Shown: positions 1 through 14,196 of the stretch, one piece after another
Position numbering within the stretch: the first letter of the stretch is position 1
How the letters are laid out: each line of letters starts with the position of its first letter
NCBI GenBank assembly: GCA_051294375.1
Contig: CM119271.1
Coordinates: 15,754,770-15,818,769 of the forward strand
Length of the DNA: 64,000 nt
Direction: 5' to 3'
Origin: Paraspadella gotoi
Lineage: Eukaryota > Animalia > Chaetognatha
Notes under the pieces: generated by a model
Database searches by the model: none
What the model was told of the DNA's origin: nothing
What the model saw: only the letters and a program-made list of their open reading frames with translations
Program-made: the position numbers and the translations under genes

Positions 1-527
1 GACCCAGTTTCTGTTAACCGATTCCGTGCGCATTGCGTAATCATTTGTCATTATTCAAACCAACTAACAATATTAAACTCCATGCGGCTATTTTTCAGTC
101 GCTAATAAATACATAAATTCATAGAGAAACAAACGAGATAGAAGAATAAACTCAAGTATGAGACGCAGGCAAGTGGGGGGGGAAAAAGATCAAAGTATTT
201 TGTAGATTGGGTTTACTATTAAAACTTGGTCATGTTGGGAAATGAGATAAAATTATAAATATACAGATAAGATGATTATTGGATGTAGATAAAAAGATAT
301 GTAGTACGTAGTTACCTAAAAGCGGATGAGTGAGCGAATAACATCAAATTAAATTCCTACATAATTCGTGTAATTTCCAACGTTTTAATTCCACAAAAAA
401 AAGGAAACATTTCTAACAACAAAATTTGAAAACTATCTGTATCGAAATCTAAAAATAGATTTTTTTTGAGCGAAGGTCGAAATAAAAGTAAGTCTCTAGG
501 AAAATGTTAAAGATCTCTCTCAGTTTC

Positions 528-3500
528 TCAGGCTTCGTAGTGCGTCTGAATCTTCTGCAGCAACGCGTCGCAGGTCTTCTTGGCGTCGCCTAGCAACATG
601 CTGTTGTTGTTCTTGAAGAAGACGGGGTTGTCGACGGCCGCGTAGCCGACGCCGAGGGATCGCTTCATGACGATCGTCTGCGCCGCCTGCCAGACGCGGA
701 GCACGGGCATTCCTTGATGGGGGAAGGGAGAGAAAAAGCTTAAATATGAAAAATACGTTCGAGATGTATCCTAATTACAATATTAATATACCGCAAATTA
801 CGTATTTGTTACAACTGTTCTTCTCGTTGTTAAATTGTTATGTTTGTCAACGTTGGTTGAAACAGGGTTAATTCAAAATTAGATCCGATTTTCTTAATCT
901 CCTTTGCATAAAGTAGCAGTACAGAAAATTATAATATTTTTAGATTGGGTAGGTTTAAATATGGTGATCTTAGGTTATGTCTCATTTAATGTAGTGTAAA
1001 GTATTGAGGTCTCGTTGCCAATTGGTTCATGTCGTTTAAGTAGATTATGTAATCATTTTCATCATAATCATTCCCTCCACTCACTAACCAGCAATGATGG
1101 AGTTGGGATCGTCCTCGGCCGCGGAGTTGACGGTGTCGTTGGCGCCGATAACGAGCACCAAGTCCGTCTTGGGGAAATCGTCGTTGATCTCGTCCATCTC
1201 CAGCACGTAGTCGTAAGGGACGCCCGCCTCCGCCAGCAAGACGTTCAATTGGCCTGGCATCCGTCCGGCGACCGGGTGGATCCCGAATCGCACGTTCTTC
1301 TTTCCTTTTTTGATGAGGAGGTCAACCATCTGGGCGATGGGATATTGGGCTTGGGCCACGCAGAGGCCATACCTTAAAAAAAATGAACGGGAGGGAAATG
1401 GGGAAACGATGAATCAAATTTAGTGTGAAACCCGAAAACATGTCAATTTCAGCCAACTTTGACTAAAATTAGTTTAAGAAAGGACGAGCAAAAGTTACGG
1501 GTTGAAACCTAATAATAAATGAAAAGGCAACTCCCTTCCCGAGTTTCCTAGAAGTAGCAAGCAGTTTATATCTCTAAAGTTTTGCTCTGAAAAAGGTGAG
1601 TAATTTTAAATTCAAGATGAAACCGTGAGATAAACTAATCAAATTCAACCGCAATATGTGTAGAGATATTGTCGTTGCTCTTTTGCTTTTTATAGTTTCT
1701 TCATAGCTCTGATAGAGTTCGCTTTTTGCTTACTTTCCCTCTACTTTTCTCTTCCAGTTCAAATACTAGTAGGCCAAATATGTAGACCATAGGCTTCCTA
1801 CCCGTCCACAAACGGCCTTTTTACGACGGTAGTCAGCAAGTAGCCACGTCACCAGTCACGTCACCTACGTCACCATTTTCCAGATACTTTAGTCAGAGGG
1901 ATAAGAGCCCACAACGAAGCCACAAGACTGGACTTGCGGTGGCTATGAACTGGGCCACAGGCCTTTCGGACTTGCGGTCTTACGAAGTGGACGACGCTGT
2001 GGATGGACGTCAGCTTCCTGCTACTCCAAGTATTGGCGCGACGGGGCGGAAGACGGAGGGACTCCCGGCAGAGCGGGCAAACTCTCTGACAATATGTAAA
2101 TGATATTTAGGCGACAAGACCTCAATTCTCACCCCGGGACGATGATGATGTCCTTCGCGTCGAGGATGAGATCGATGGCGCTGGGGACGTCGACTTCCGT
2201 GTGGGTGCCAACGATCTCCATGGGTTTGCCCGTGCCGGTGGACGAAGTTCCGTATCCTCCGAGGATGACGTTGGGCAAAGAACGGTTCATGGCTTTGCAC
2301 ATGATGTAGGAGAGGATGGCGCCAGAGGATCCGATCAACGCGCCGACGATCGTCAACAGGTTGTTGTTGAGCATAAAGCCCTCGGCGCAGAGAGCCCAAC
2401 CCGAGTAGGAGTTGAGCACGGTGATGACGACAGGCATGTCGGCGCCGCCGATGGCCACGGTCAGGGTCACGCCCATCACCTTAGGTAGGGGTTGTGGGAA
2501 ATGAAGGAAATGGTTTTTTTTCGAATTGAATTGATCGTGAAAATCGGTTGTTTTACAATATTTAAAGAATACTTAAACATTCAAAACTTCACCCTTTCCC
2601 CCTTACGAACCGAAGAAGAGACAGCAGTGAGCCCAAGCATCGAGAGATTGACCGCCGGGGATTCCGTCCCCATGTAGAGACCCATAGCGCCGACGTTGCT
2701 CGCCATGAGGGCGGCGTTGATCAGATGGCGGTTGGGCAGCATCAATGGCGCAGAGTCCATGATACCTTGCAGTTTGCCGTAGGCGACGAGGGAGCCCGTG
2801 AAGGTGACGCCACCGATGTAAGTTCCGAGGAAGAGGGCGGCCTTGACAATTGGAAACATGGCGAAATACATTAGCGAGATTCGACCTTACCAAAAAGTAA
2901 GTTCAACCCGAACCCACTTTGACGACATTGGCGGCGGGGTCCTCGGCGAATCCCGGCTGATCGACGATGTACGAGGCGATGCAAGTGAGGACGGCGGCGA
3001 CGCCGACGAAGGAGTGAAAGAGGGCGACGAGTTGGGGAAGGTCCGTCACTTGGATCCGTTTAGCGATGATGCTGCCTAAAGGATGAGGGTCAGTGTTTCC
3101 TTCATACGATTTCGGCTCAACTCACCCGTTTACTTACCTATCGTCCCCCCGACTCCCATCATCGTCGCCATCTGCACCAAAAGCGGATTGGCCGGCGCCA
3201 AAGCGCCTAAGGTCGCCGCCAGACCCGTGGAGACGCCGATGATGCCGAGAGCGTTGCCGAGGCGCGCCGTCTTTTGATTGGCCAAACCCTGAGTTTGAGA
3301 CGAGAAGGAAGTTGGGCCTTCAACTCTTTAATCATCATTTTTTTCCTTTATTGTTCGACTATTAATCTCATTTACATATCGGGTACCAGATGTAATGAAT
3401 TACAAACTTGAGATATTATCAAATATCCATTTCCATTTCCCAATTCTATAGAATCGCGGATAAAATGGGAGTAAAAATCAGATGTTATGGCAACGGGGAG

Positions 3501-5641
3501 ACGTGTGATGCCCGGGGTGTGAGGCATCTCCCGACAGCTGGCGCTCAGGGCTTTGGACCTGCAGTGAACATCCCATATCACTGGCGTGTTTATTCCGACA
3601 CAATCACACTTAACCAGCGTGCCCATGAGGGGATTGAACGCAGAACTCACAGTTGGTGAGTACTTAGCTGTCCAAGCCAATGGGACGAGCTGAGTTTCAC
3701 CAAGCTATGAGGGAGGCGAATTTAAGATTTGCCACAATGTCATCGATATTAATCCACCGAGGGAAATCGAAATCGATCAGAGAAAAACAAGAAAATGACA
3801 AAACGATGAAAAGAAAATTATAATTTTCTACTTTCTTGAATTCGCTGTCAATCTAAACAACATTTCTCATAACACAGCCAGAGGAGGATTTAGCCTGCCG
3901 TCCAATTCTTTTCTTCTTCTTCTTTCCTCCTCCTGCCCCTCAGTATATTTTGTCTAGCGATACATTCTCTCGTTTCTACTCTTCGCGAAATATACCATTA
4001 TTTTTCCCTCTATTACTTCACACCTTCAATACCCCTCAAGACAGCAAATGTCGCTTGTACCTGAATCGCGCCGATGCAGCAAAGACCTGCGCCAAGATAC
4101 GCCATCTGCGAAACGTGGGGGGCTCCGGCCAAGAGCGACGCGCACAGAGAGCCGATGGCGACGGCGGCGGGAATACCGTAAAGGTAGTTGTACTCTGGCG
4201 GGTCAGTCGGCCGCTTGAACATGTCCAACATCCTGTCGAGTTTGAAAATTTACCTTACTCGAGCGATAACAAGAAAGATTCACATTGAATACAACTGATT
4301 GACTGTAGTGATAAAATACGATAAAAAGAAGATCTGTGATGCAGACCGATAAAGATGTAGGGTCCTGCTAAGGTATTATTTTGGAGGCCTTCACCCTGTA
4401 ACTCTCGCGTTTACAGCCGGACACGGCCAGTCCAAGATAGCTTATAGATTTCATTTATCAGAATACATCACATGTCAGGAGTCCGCAATGGACACCACAT
4501 TACCTCTGCGTGATAATAAACCCTCCGGCGATGTTGACCGATGAGATTAGCGTGGCCACAGCGGCCAACGCTTGCGCCGTCGACCCTGGAAAGTAACCGC
4601 CTCCCATGACGCAAAGTCCGCCGGCCGCCGTGAGACCGGAAATGGCGTTGGTGACGCTCATGAGGGGCGAGTGAAGGGCGGGGGCCACGCCCCAAACCGT
4701 ATGGTATCCCGTGAGGCCCGCCAATCCGAAGGTGGTCATCATCTGGGCAAAGGCGAGGTTGGGCGCGGAATGTCCGAGGGCCATGACGGTCCCCAACCCG
4801 CCCGTGTACATTAGAGAGTCGGTCAAAGTGTTGCGGAAATAATCGGGTTCCTTCGGCGCCGCCTTGACCGGCGCAGCCGGAGCCGCCGTCGTCGAAGCGG
4901 CGGTCGTCGCCGCCATAGAAGGCGGCGGCGGCGCCGGCCACATCATCTTGCCGGCGTCGAGAACGAGAGCGCCGCGAGTGACCTCGTCGGCGTGGTCCAA
5001 ATAGTAGTGATTCTTGTCTCCTTGAAAGGAGAGCAGAAGTTTGGAGATGTTATTGCCGTAGAGAGTCGAGGCTTGGGTGGGCAACCGAGATGGCAGGTCC
5101 GTATAGCCGACGTGGGTGACTCCGGCGTGTTTGGAGAGTTGACCCGGCACCGTCGTCTCGATGTTGCCGCCCATTTCCGAGGCGAGATCGACGACGACGG
5201 ATCCCGGCTTCATCGACTCGATCATCTCCCGAGAGATCAAGACCGGCGCCTTTTTGCCGGGAATCAACGCCGTCGAGATGAGGATGTCGATCTCTTTGCA
5301 TTGTTTAGCGAAGAGCGCCATCTCTGCCGCGATGAACTCGGGAGACATCTCTTTGGCGTAGCCGCCGGCGCCCTCGCCGGATTCTTCGATCTCAACCTGT
5401 GGAAAGAGAATATTCGATGAATTTATTCAATAGACAGAATCTTTTATTTTCAACATGTATTTTTACAGAAGATTAATCCTATTTATATTTTACGGCGCTT
5501 AACGACGGAAAATGTTTTGGTCCTGCAGAAAAATATTAACTCCCCATATTTAGTTAATGTTAAATCCTAAAAACCGAGGGAATTAAGGATATTTGCTTAA
5601 ATGGGAATAAACTAATTGTCACTAAAATAATCTCGATCCGA

Positions 5642-5726
<85 letters not shown>

Positions 5727-7320
5727 TCACCGTCAAAAACTCTCCGCCTAACGACTCGATCTGTTCCTTGACGGCGGGGCGAGTGTCGAACGCCCGCACG
5801 ATGGCGCCCATGTTTTTGGCGGTGCCGGTGGCGGCGAGGCCGGCGACGCCGCCGCCGATGACGAGCACTTTGGCGGGCGGGACTTTTCCGGCGGCGGTGA
5901 TTTGGCCGGTGAAGAATCGGCCAAAGTGAGAGGCGGCCTCGATGACGGCCTTGTAGCCGGCGATGTTGGCCATCGAGGAGAGGGCGTCGAAAACCTGAAG
6001 AGAAGAAATTATATTTGTGAAGAAAAAAAAAAATTTTACATTACATTACTATAGTAAATTACATTACTATATTAAATTACATTTGTGAAGAGAAAAATTA
6101 AGTTTGTTTTCATCGGTCAAGCTAAAAAACTGTTTTAATTATTCACTGATAATTTATCATTTAATTCAATAATTGTTATAAATTGAGTCGTCATGATAAA
6201 ATCTCCCCAAACACTCTGCCCACTAATCTCCCCAACCCTCTGCCCGCTAATCTCCCCAAATCCTATGCCAACTAATCTCCCCCAAATCCTCTGCCCGCTA
6301 ATCTCCCCAACCTCTGCTCGCTAATCTCCCCAAACCTCCTGCCCGCTAATCTCCCCAACCCTCTGCCACTAATCTCCACAAACCCTCTGCTCGCTAATCT
6401 CCCCAAACCCTCTGCCGCTAATCTCTCCAACCCTCTGCCTGCTAATCTCCCCAAACCCTCTCCCCGCTAATCTCTCCAACCCTTTGCCTGCTAATCTCCC
6501 CAAACCCTCTGCCCGCTTATCTCACCTGCGCCCTCGATATCCTCGGTACGCACTCCATCCCAAGCACGGTGGCCTTCCTCTCTGCGAGTTTGTCCAGCAG
6601 ATCCTTGTTCTGCGCGGGATAGACAAAGGAGATGAGATGACCTCCTTCCCTCACGAGTCCCACTTCCTCCGTTGACGGAGGTCGAACTTTGAGGACGATG
6701 TCGGCGTCGAAGGCGGCCGCCGCCGAATCCACGATCCGGCATCCGGCGGCCACGTAGTCGGCGTCGAGGAACTTGGCTTCGAAACCGGCGCCGGCCTCCA
6801 CCGCCACCGAGAATCCGTTCTTGATGAGCGACGCCGCCGCCGCCGGCGTCAGCGCCACCCGGCGCTCATTCTCGAAGGTCTCTCGGGGGACGCCGACGAC
6901 GAGGTTGGAGAAGGGGATGCCTTTGGGCGCCGGGGGAGAAGCCGCTGCAGCGGCCGAAGAGCATCTTGGGGGAAGGGAATTAAATGACAATAGAATTCAC
7001 CGTGAAGACTTAAATCTCATTTACATAGCGACATATATTTTGAATTAATTAATATTTAATTCATTTTATATTAATTAATATCCAAACCTAGTGATCGTCT
7101 CTAGCGTTGAACGTCCCGAAAGGACGGAAGCTTCGACTCGACTAAGGCGGCCAAGGGCGGCGCCGACACCGCGGGACGAGGGACGGCGAGGCGCCAACGA
7201 AGAAGCGTGGCGCCGGAAGCCGCGATTCGCGCCCGAAACTAGCGGCGAATCGGCGCCGGAGAGGCGGGATGCGGAGCGGCCGCAGAGGCGCGCCACGGCG
7301 CCGGCGGAACAGCGCAGCAT
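528..7320 (-). CDS. NNT: Mitochondrial NAD(P) transhydrogenase, 11 exons
   Basis: Exons join in frame at GT-AG sites: 7320-7088, 6964-6526, 5995-5730, 5397-4504, 4232-4061, 3288-3138, 3075-2918, 2841-2611, 2479-2133, 1372-1089, 712-528 (approximate). Motifs include [72 protein letters not shown] and [14 protein letters not shown]. The N-terminus is an Arg/Ser-rich presequence. Confidence 0.97.
3501..3737 (-). mobile_element. SINE-like dispersed repeat (family A), copy 1, in an NNT intron
   Basis: Its reverse complement aligns over about 240 bp to 19277-19527, sharing AATCTTAAATTCGCCTCCC, GCTCGTCCCATTG, GTTCAATCCCCTCA, CACTGCAGGTCCAAAGCCCTGAGCGC and CTGTCGGGAGATGCCTCACACCC. Confidence 0.75.
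5645..5722. repeat. (CT)n microsatellite in an NNT intron
   Basis: Pure CT tract a few nucleotides inside the donor site. Confidence 0.95.
6198..6525. repeat. Minisatellite, about 24-bp unit (CTAATCTCCCCAAACCCTCTGCCCG), about 13 copies
   Basis: Visible tandem array that begins at the donor of NNT intron 2 and is G-rich on the transcribed strand. Confidence 0.92.
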
Positions 7321-7820
7321 CGTCGAAGAAAGAAAAGAGTTTCGCGCTCCGAGTCTCGGCCCAAATAACAAAAGATTTCAAACCTTAAAACCTGGAAAAT
7401 TTGTTTCCGTTTTTTAAGGTCAACAGATAAAAACTATCACCGGGCGGTTGGCTAATCTCAATAAAATACATATTTGTAAAAGTAAAAAGCCCGAATGTGA
7501 CAAAAAAACTCAAAGAGTGTTGCGTTTGTTTATTGGAAATTTAAAAAAAAAATTAATGTTAAAAACAATTTGGCTTATGAGTAATGAGTATCACACTGCG
7601 ACTTTGGAATGATCAAGAAAAGGACAAAAACGGCTACATGAAAGAAATGAAATAAAATCTCCGATTCCGCTGGAATGTTTATGAAAAATATGTCTTGGAT
7701 AAAAAATAAACACTAATGATAACACCCGGAAAAAAATAAGAGCGCCGGTAAATTTGAATAATAGTATTTGGAAGAATATTTATCCTTGAGCCGTTTGTCT
7801 CATCTTCTCATCTTGGATTC

Positions 7821-9490
<1,670 letters not shown>

Positions 9491-9852
9491 CTAACTTCTT
9501 ATTTTCAGGAATTGTAAATTAAAAAAAAAATTCTGGTTTTTTTTCTTTTCTTTTCGAGCTAAAAACTGAGTGCGGTAAACCTATGACCTAAGGCAGAAAA
9601 GTTTAATGAAAAATCATGATGTTTGTTAACAAAAATTAAAAAAAAAATTCGGATTACAAGCGCACACGTGTCTTGATCACTATGACAATACTATGACAAA
9701 ACGTTTGTAGACGCAAAACCGTCGTAAGCAATAAAAGGGATGAATAACAGCATGAAATACTAAGTTCATTTCGCGTCAGGGAAAATCGCCCCCGCGAGCG
9801 AAAATAAAAAAAACCAAACATTGCAATATTGTAACTTTTAAACAATAAAATA

Positions 9853-10264
9853 TTAAAAGCTTCGAATAATGACTTTCATAACTCCGTCGTCCAGTGGCAA
9901 ATCAGAAAAAACCCGCAAGAGGCGGTGACTCCCATCGCTGCCCCGACGAACGCCCAAACCCCCTTTCCCGGCCACTAACCCCATTCTCGTCGGGTCGCCC
10001 GCCCAGGGTTGGATCGTGTCGTCAAAGCCGGCGCCAAAGATCGACAGCCCGTCAAAAGATTTGGCGCTGGATGAAAAGGTAAGGAAATCCGAGGCCGCGT
10101 GATTCTTTTGGTCCAAACTACTCCTCCCCCCCCCCAACCTCAAATCCAACTCGATCCAGTCGACTCTTTTCTCCTCCAACCCCATTTCCTTAAAGACCGT
10201 GGCCAACCAATTGTCGCGCACGGAAGGGCAGAAGGAGTGGAAGAGGCTCTTGGCGAGCGCGAGG
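9853..10264 (-). other. Orphan coding-like exon/ORF of unknown product (possible gene remnant)
   Basis: GC-rich island with GC3-biased codons (LALAKSLFHSFCPSVRDNW...) downstream of a CTCCAG acceptor at 10265. An in-frame stop lies just upstream. The first ATG (10185) gives 110 aa. No family recognised. Confidence 0.4.
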
Positions 10265-11175
10265 CTGGAGATCGTTTACAAATCAAAAACGGATTCGGGA
10301 CAGTGCGTAAGTAAGTAAAACAAACTGCTTAAAAAAATTGTTTTAAATAGACAGTCTCCAATCAAGAAAAACAGCTGCAACAAATAAATTGTTAAGAAAT
10401 ATTAATTATAATGAGAGACAGAACAAAGTTCAACAACATAAAAAGTGAGGTAGTAAATGCATTGTAAAAAACAGGTTATAAGTCATAAGCCCCTGTTATA
10501 TTTGCAGTTTTAAAAAATTTAACGACATGAATACAAATCCCAAGCCCAAAACCAAAACAAAATATAAATTTTCAGATTATCAGATTCTAGATCATTAGGC
10601 ACAAACCAAGCCGGTCCAGGCTCGAGTTTGTTTCGGTTGTTTTAATAAGGAAAAAAGAAATTTTAAAGTGTTAAAAAAATTTTTAAAATAAAATAAATTT
10701 ATAATTATAATAATAAATAATTTAAGATTCGTTAAAATTAATCTTCTGATTAGCTGCTTACCGCTAAATTATCGTGGGCAGATCTGACTTTTTTTTTTGG
10801 CTTAATTTGATGTTCTGAAATGATTTAATTGATTAAGGGAAAAACCGAAAAACAGAATTAATATTGAAAACCAAAATGAAAAAGAATCAATTCAAATTCA
10901 ACACTACAATATGTAAATGAGATTGAGAAATTCAATCTCATTTAAGATCATATAAGATAATCATCCCTTACAAATACATAATAAAGAACTCCAATTGTCA
11001 AAGCAATTTCACAGACATGAATGATGTAAAACCGATAAAAAACCGATAAAAAACCAATAAAACCAGACTATCTTTGATGGTCACCAGTTGTGCGATCTAC
11101 TTTACATATAACTTTCATATATAACTTTTTATTTTTCAATTTGTTTGCCAGCAATGCTTAATGTTTCAGCCAATC

Positions 11176-12735
11176 TCAACGAGACTTTATAATGACCTCA
11201 AAGCGTTGCGGCGACTTCACAACGCCCAAACCATCAGGTACAAGTGAAGGTGGGTGGTTGGGGTCGGCAACGCAGAACTGAAACCTACTGAGCAGTGAAA
11301 CTGCAAAAAGGCCATATTCTACCTTTGCCAAGTTCTCGCCAAGGCATTTCCGCTTTCCAACAGAGAAGGGAAGAAAGTGTGAATGTTGCACAATTTTGGT
11401 AGGGTCAGCGGGATCCAACCAACGCTCGGGTATAAACTCATCAGGATCTTTCCAATACAACTTATTTGAATGTACGCTACAAATATTACCAAAAATAAGA
11501 GCATCTTTGGGAATGTGATAACCGGCAAGCATAGTATCCTCTCTTGCTAAATGGCCAAGGGTCAAGGGAATCATATTTGAAACCCTTTGCGACTCAAGCA
11601 AGACAGAATTTGTGTAAGGTAGGTCTTTCATCGATACTTGGGCCAAGTTTTGCTCTGCACCTAGAACTGCCTTTAACTCAAGGTGACACTTTTCCTGTAC
11701 GTCAGGAAAATGAGCAAGGCGTAACAAAAGCCAGATTAGAGAGGTGGAAGTTGTATCTGTCCCCGCAAGGAACAAATCTATGATGATTCTGATAATATCT
11801 TCTTTGTCCATGCAAGAGTCCCCCCGTTTCATGTCCTGGTTGCTTTTTTGTAGGCCTAAATCAATAAAATCTCTTGGAGAATTTGGGTCAAAATCTTTCT
11901 CATGCATTTCCAACTCTCTTTCCACAAAAGAATTGATAATGGAGGTTTGTCGACCCCTCTCCTGATGCATTGCTGCTATTGAAGGAAACAATTTAAAAAT
12001 GGGTACCAGGTCTCCTAAAATATTAGCTTTGTTCATGGTGAACGCGATAGCCTCCATGGCTTTGTTGAATTCATCGTCAGCAAAATCAAACCGTTTGCCA
12101 AAAACGACAGAACAGATCACATTAGACACAGCCATATATAGAACCTTTAAGTGGACATCAGTAGCAACATTTGTGTCAGCGAATTTAGACAATGCAAGGG
12201 AAACAAACTCGGCCTCCTTGGCGACCATGACCTCTAGCGATCGTCCACCCAATCCAAAATCAATCATGCTATGCAGTGTAATCTTCCTTCTTTGCTTCAA
12301 CTCTTTGCTAAAATTAGCAGAGACAATTCCCTTTCCCCATAAAGACTGCTTCCGGTATTCCCCTTTAATGTTGATCAGCCGATCGGAAAGCACCTCCTTA
12401 GCAAATGCCTGCTTTATTAACTCCTCATCATTGATCCAGATGATTGACAAGGAACCGAGGTTAAAGGTAAGAATTTTCCCATATTTTTGAGGCAGTGAAT
12501 ATAATAGCTGGCGTCGAGCGGAGGATGAAGAAAAGTCGGGAAGGACAGAGATACTGCCAAAGGGAGGAAGATTCCATGGTCCTGGAATGCGTCGTCCGCG
12601 ATCACCAAAATTGAAGGGACGGTTTTGCCATAAAAATACAAGTGTCCAGAGAGAAATGAGGATTGTGAAGAGAAGTTGGCAAATAAACGATGGGTCCAAA
12701 CCAACGGCGAAGTAATAAAATGTGTCAAAAAACAT
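11176..12735 (-). CDS. Cytochrome P450, CYP2 clan, intronless
   Basis: N-terminal TM anchor, IPGPWNLP hinge, I-helix AGTDTTS, ExxR (ESQR), FIPERW and heme motif FSVGKRKCLG. An alternative in-frame ATG lies at 12783. Confidence 0.95.
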   Translation of the reverse strand: MFFDTFYYFAVGLDPSFICQLLFTILISLWTLVFLWQNRPFNFGDRGRRIPGPWNLPPFGSISVLPDFSSSSARRQLLYSLPQKYGKILTFNLGSLSIIWINDEELIKQAFAKEVLSDRLINIKGEYRKQSLWGKGIVSANFSKELKQRRKITLHSMIDFGLGGRSLEVMVAKEAEFVSLALSKFADTNVATDVHLKVLYMAVSNVICSVVFGKRFDFADDEFNKAMEAIAFTMNKANILGDLVPIFKLFPSIAAMHQERGRQTSIINSFVERELEMHEKDFDPNSPRDFIDLGLQKSNQDMKRGDSCMDKEDIIRIIIDLFLAGTDTTSTSLIWLLLRLAHFPDVQEKCHLELKAVLGAEQNLAQVSMKDLPYTNSVLLESQRVSNMIPLTLGHLAREDTMLAGYHIPKDALIFGNICSVHSNKLYWKDPDEFIPERWLDPADPTKIVQHSHFLPFSVGKRKCLGENLAKVEYGLFAVSLLSRFQFCVADPNHPPSLVPDGLGVVKSPQRFEVIIKSR

Positions 12736-12832
12736 TGCGATGGTGTGGCTAATAAAACAGGAATGGCTGTAATAAATAAACATTCGTTTTAATAGTAATG
12801 ACAAGCAATGAAAATCAACGACAATCAATCGA

Positions 12833-14196
12833 TCAGGGCCGTCTCTTCCTCGCCAATTCTGGAAAGAATTGCGAATTGTAAAAGTTTTTATCCTCGTTTC
12901 TGTCCGAGTTTTTGTCCGTTTTTTCCTTCCCTTTCCCCTTTTCCTTTCCGCCAGCCAAAAAGTCGAGAGTCTTGACTCGTTCCTTGGATTCTCTCGCGAG
13001 TCTCTCCGCTCTTAATTCCTCCAAAGATTTCTTTCCTTCTTTCTCCTTCTTTTTCTCTTTCTTCTCAAACTTCCTCCTTCGATCGTCGTCGTCGTCGTAG
13101 GATTTTTTCTTCTTCTTCTTGTTCAATTGTTTCTCCATTTCGGCCATCGGATCCATCGATCGCTTCCGCTTCTCGTCCCGCTTCCTCCGCTGCTCCGCTT
13201 TTCTTCGATCCGCGTCGTATTTGTCCGCGTGACTCTGAGGCGGCGGCGGCGGCTGGTGCTGCTTTCGATCGCCGACTTCGGTTTTGTTTGTCTTCGACGA
13301 GGAATCGTCGACGTCGGACTTTGGACGCATCCACCACGGATTCAGTTGACTGAAGGTTGGAACAATAAATAATGTATTAATGTACCAATTAACGTACTAA
13401 TGTAATTAATGTACTAATGAAACAAATGACACAAAAAAGATTTTTAAAACTCCCTCTCTCACTTGTCCAACGGTCCGTCCGCCGTCTGTCCCAAAGCGCA
13501 GAGGATGCCGACCTTCCTCTCCCACGCCTCCTGCTCTTGCTTTTCTTCCAACTCTCTCTCCTTATTCGCCTTCTCTTCCGCGGCCCCAGCCTGCGATTCC
13601 GTGAAGAGATCCACGTGTTTCTCCGCCTCGAATCGGCGACTGAGGGCGAAGGAGGCGGAGGAAGCGTCCGGCGACCGAAGGGCCGAAGAGGAGGCGTCGC
13701 TGGAATCGTTGACTGGAAGTGAAGGTCCAGCGTCGTCATCGTCCTGATTAAATGGAGAGAGAAACATTTAACGATGACGGGAAATCCCTCGTCATCCAAC
13801 GACCTATTTTAATCAGGAGATTTGTTTCATGAGTCAACTTCCCTCTCTTTTCATCTCTCAACCCTTTTCAACCAATTTGTCCCATCCCTCTCCCGTCATA
13901 CACCGACCCTTTTCCATGGGCAGATTTGTTTCAAAGTTCCCTTCCCTCTCTTTATATGTCGACCCTTTCGGTCCTGGCAATTTGTCTCGAGAGTCGCCTT
14001 CCTTTTCCTTTCATCTACCGACCCTTTTCCGTCGGGCGTTTTGTCTCAAGAGTTCCGTCCGCGCCTCCTTCTCCGCGAGAGCAATCTTCCGCAGCCTGGC
14101 CTTTTCCTGCTCTGCAGCGGCGGCCTCGTCGCGCCGGACGCGGTCTATGTTCTCTTTTTTCAACACGTGCCAATTTTTCTTCGGTAAAATATTCAT
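12833..14196 (-). CDS. LENG1: Leukocyte receptor cluster member 1-like (CIR_N domain), 3 exons
   Basis: [11 protein letters not shown]...[10 protein letters not shown]-terminus, [15 protein letters not shown], and a [12 protein letters not shown]-terminus characteristic of LENG1. Confidence 0.9.

Noticed and set aside
6272-6454. ORF with GLGRLAGR repeats
   Set aside because: It is a translation of the intronic minisatellite.
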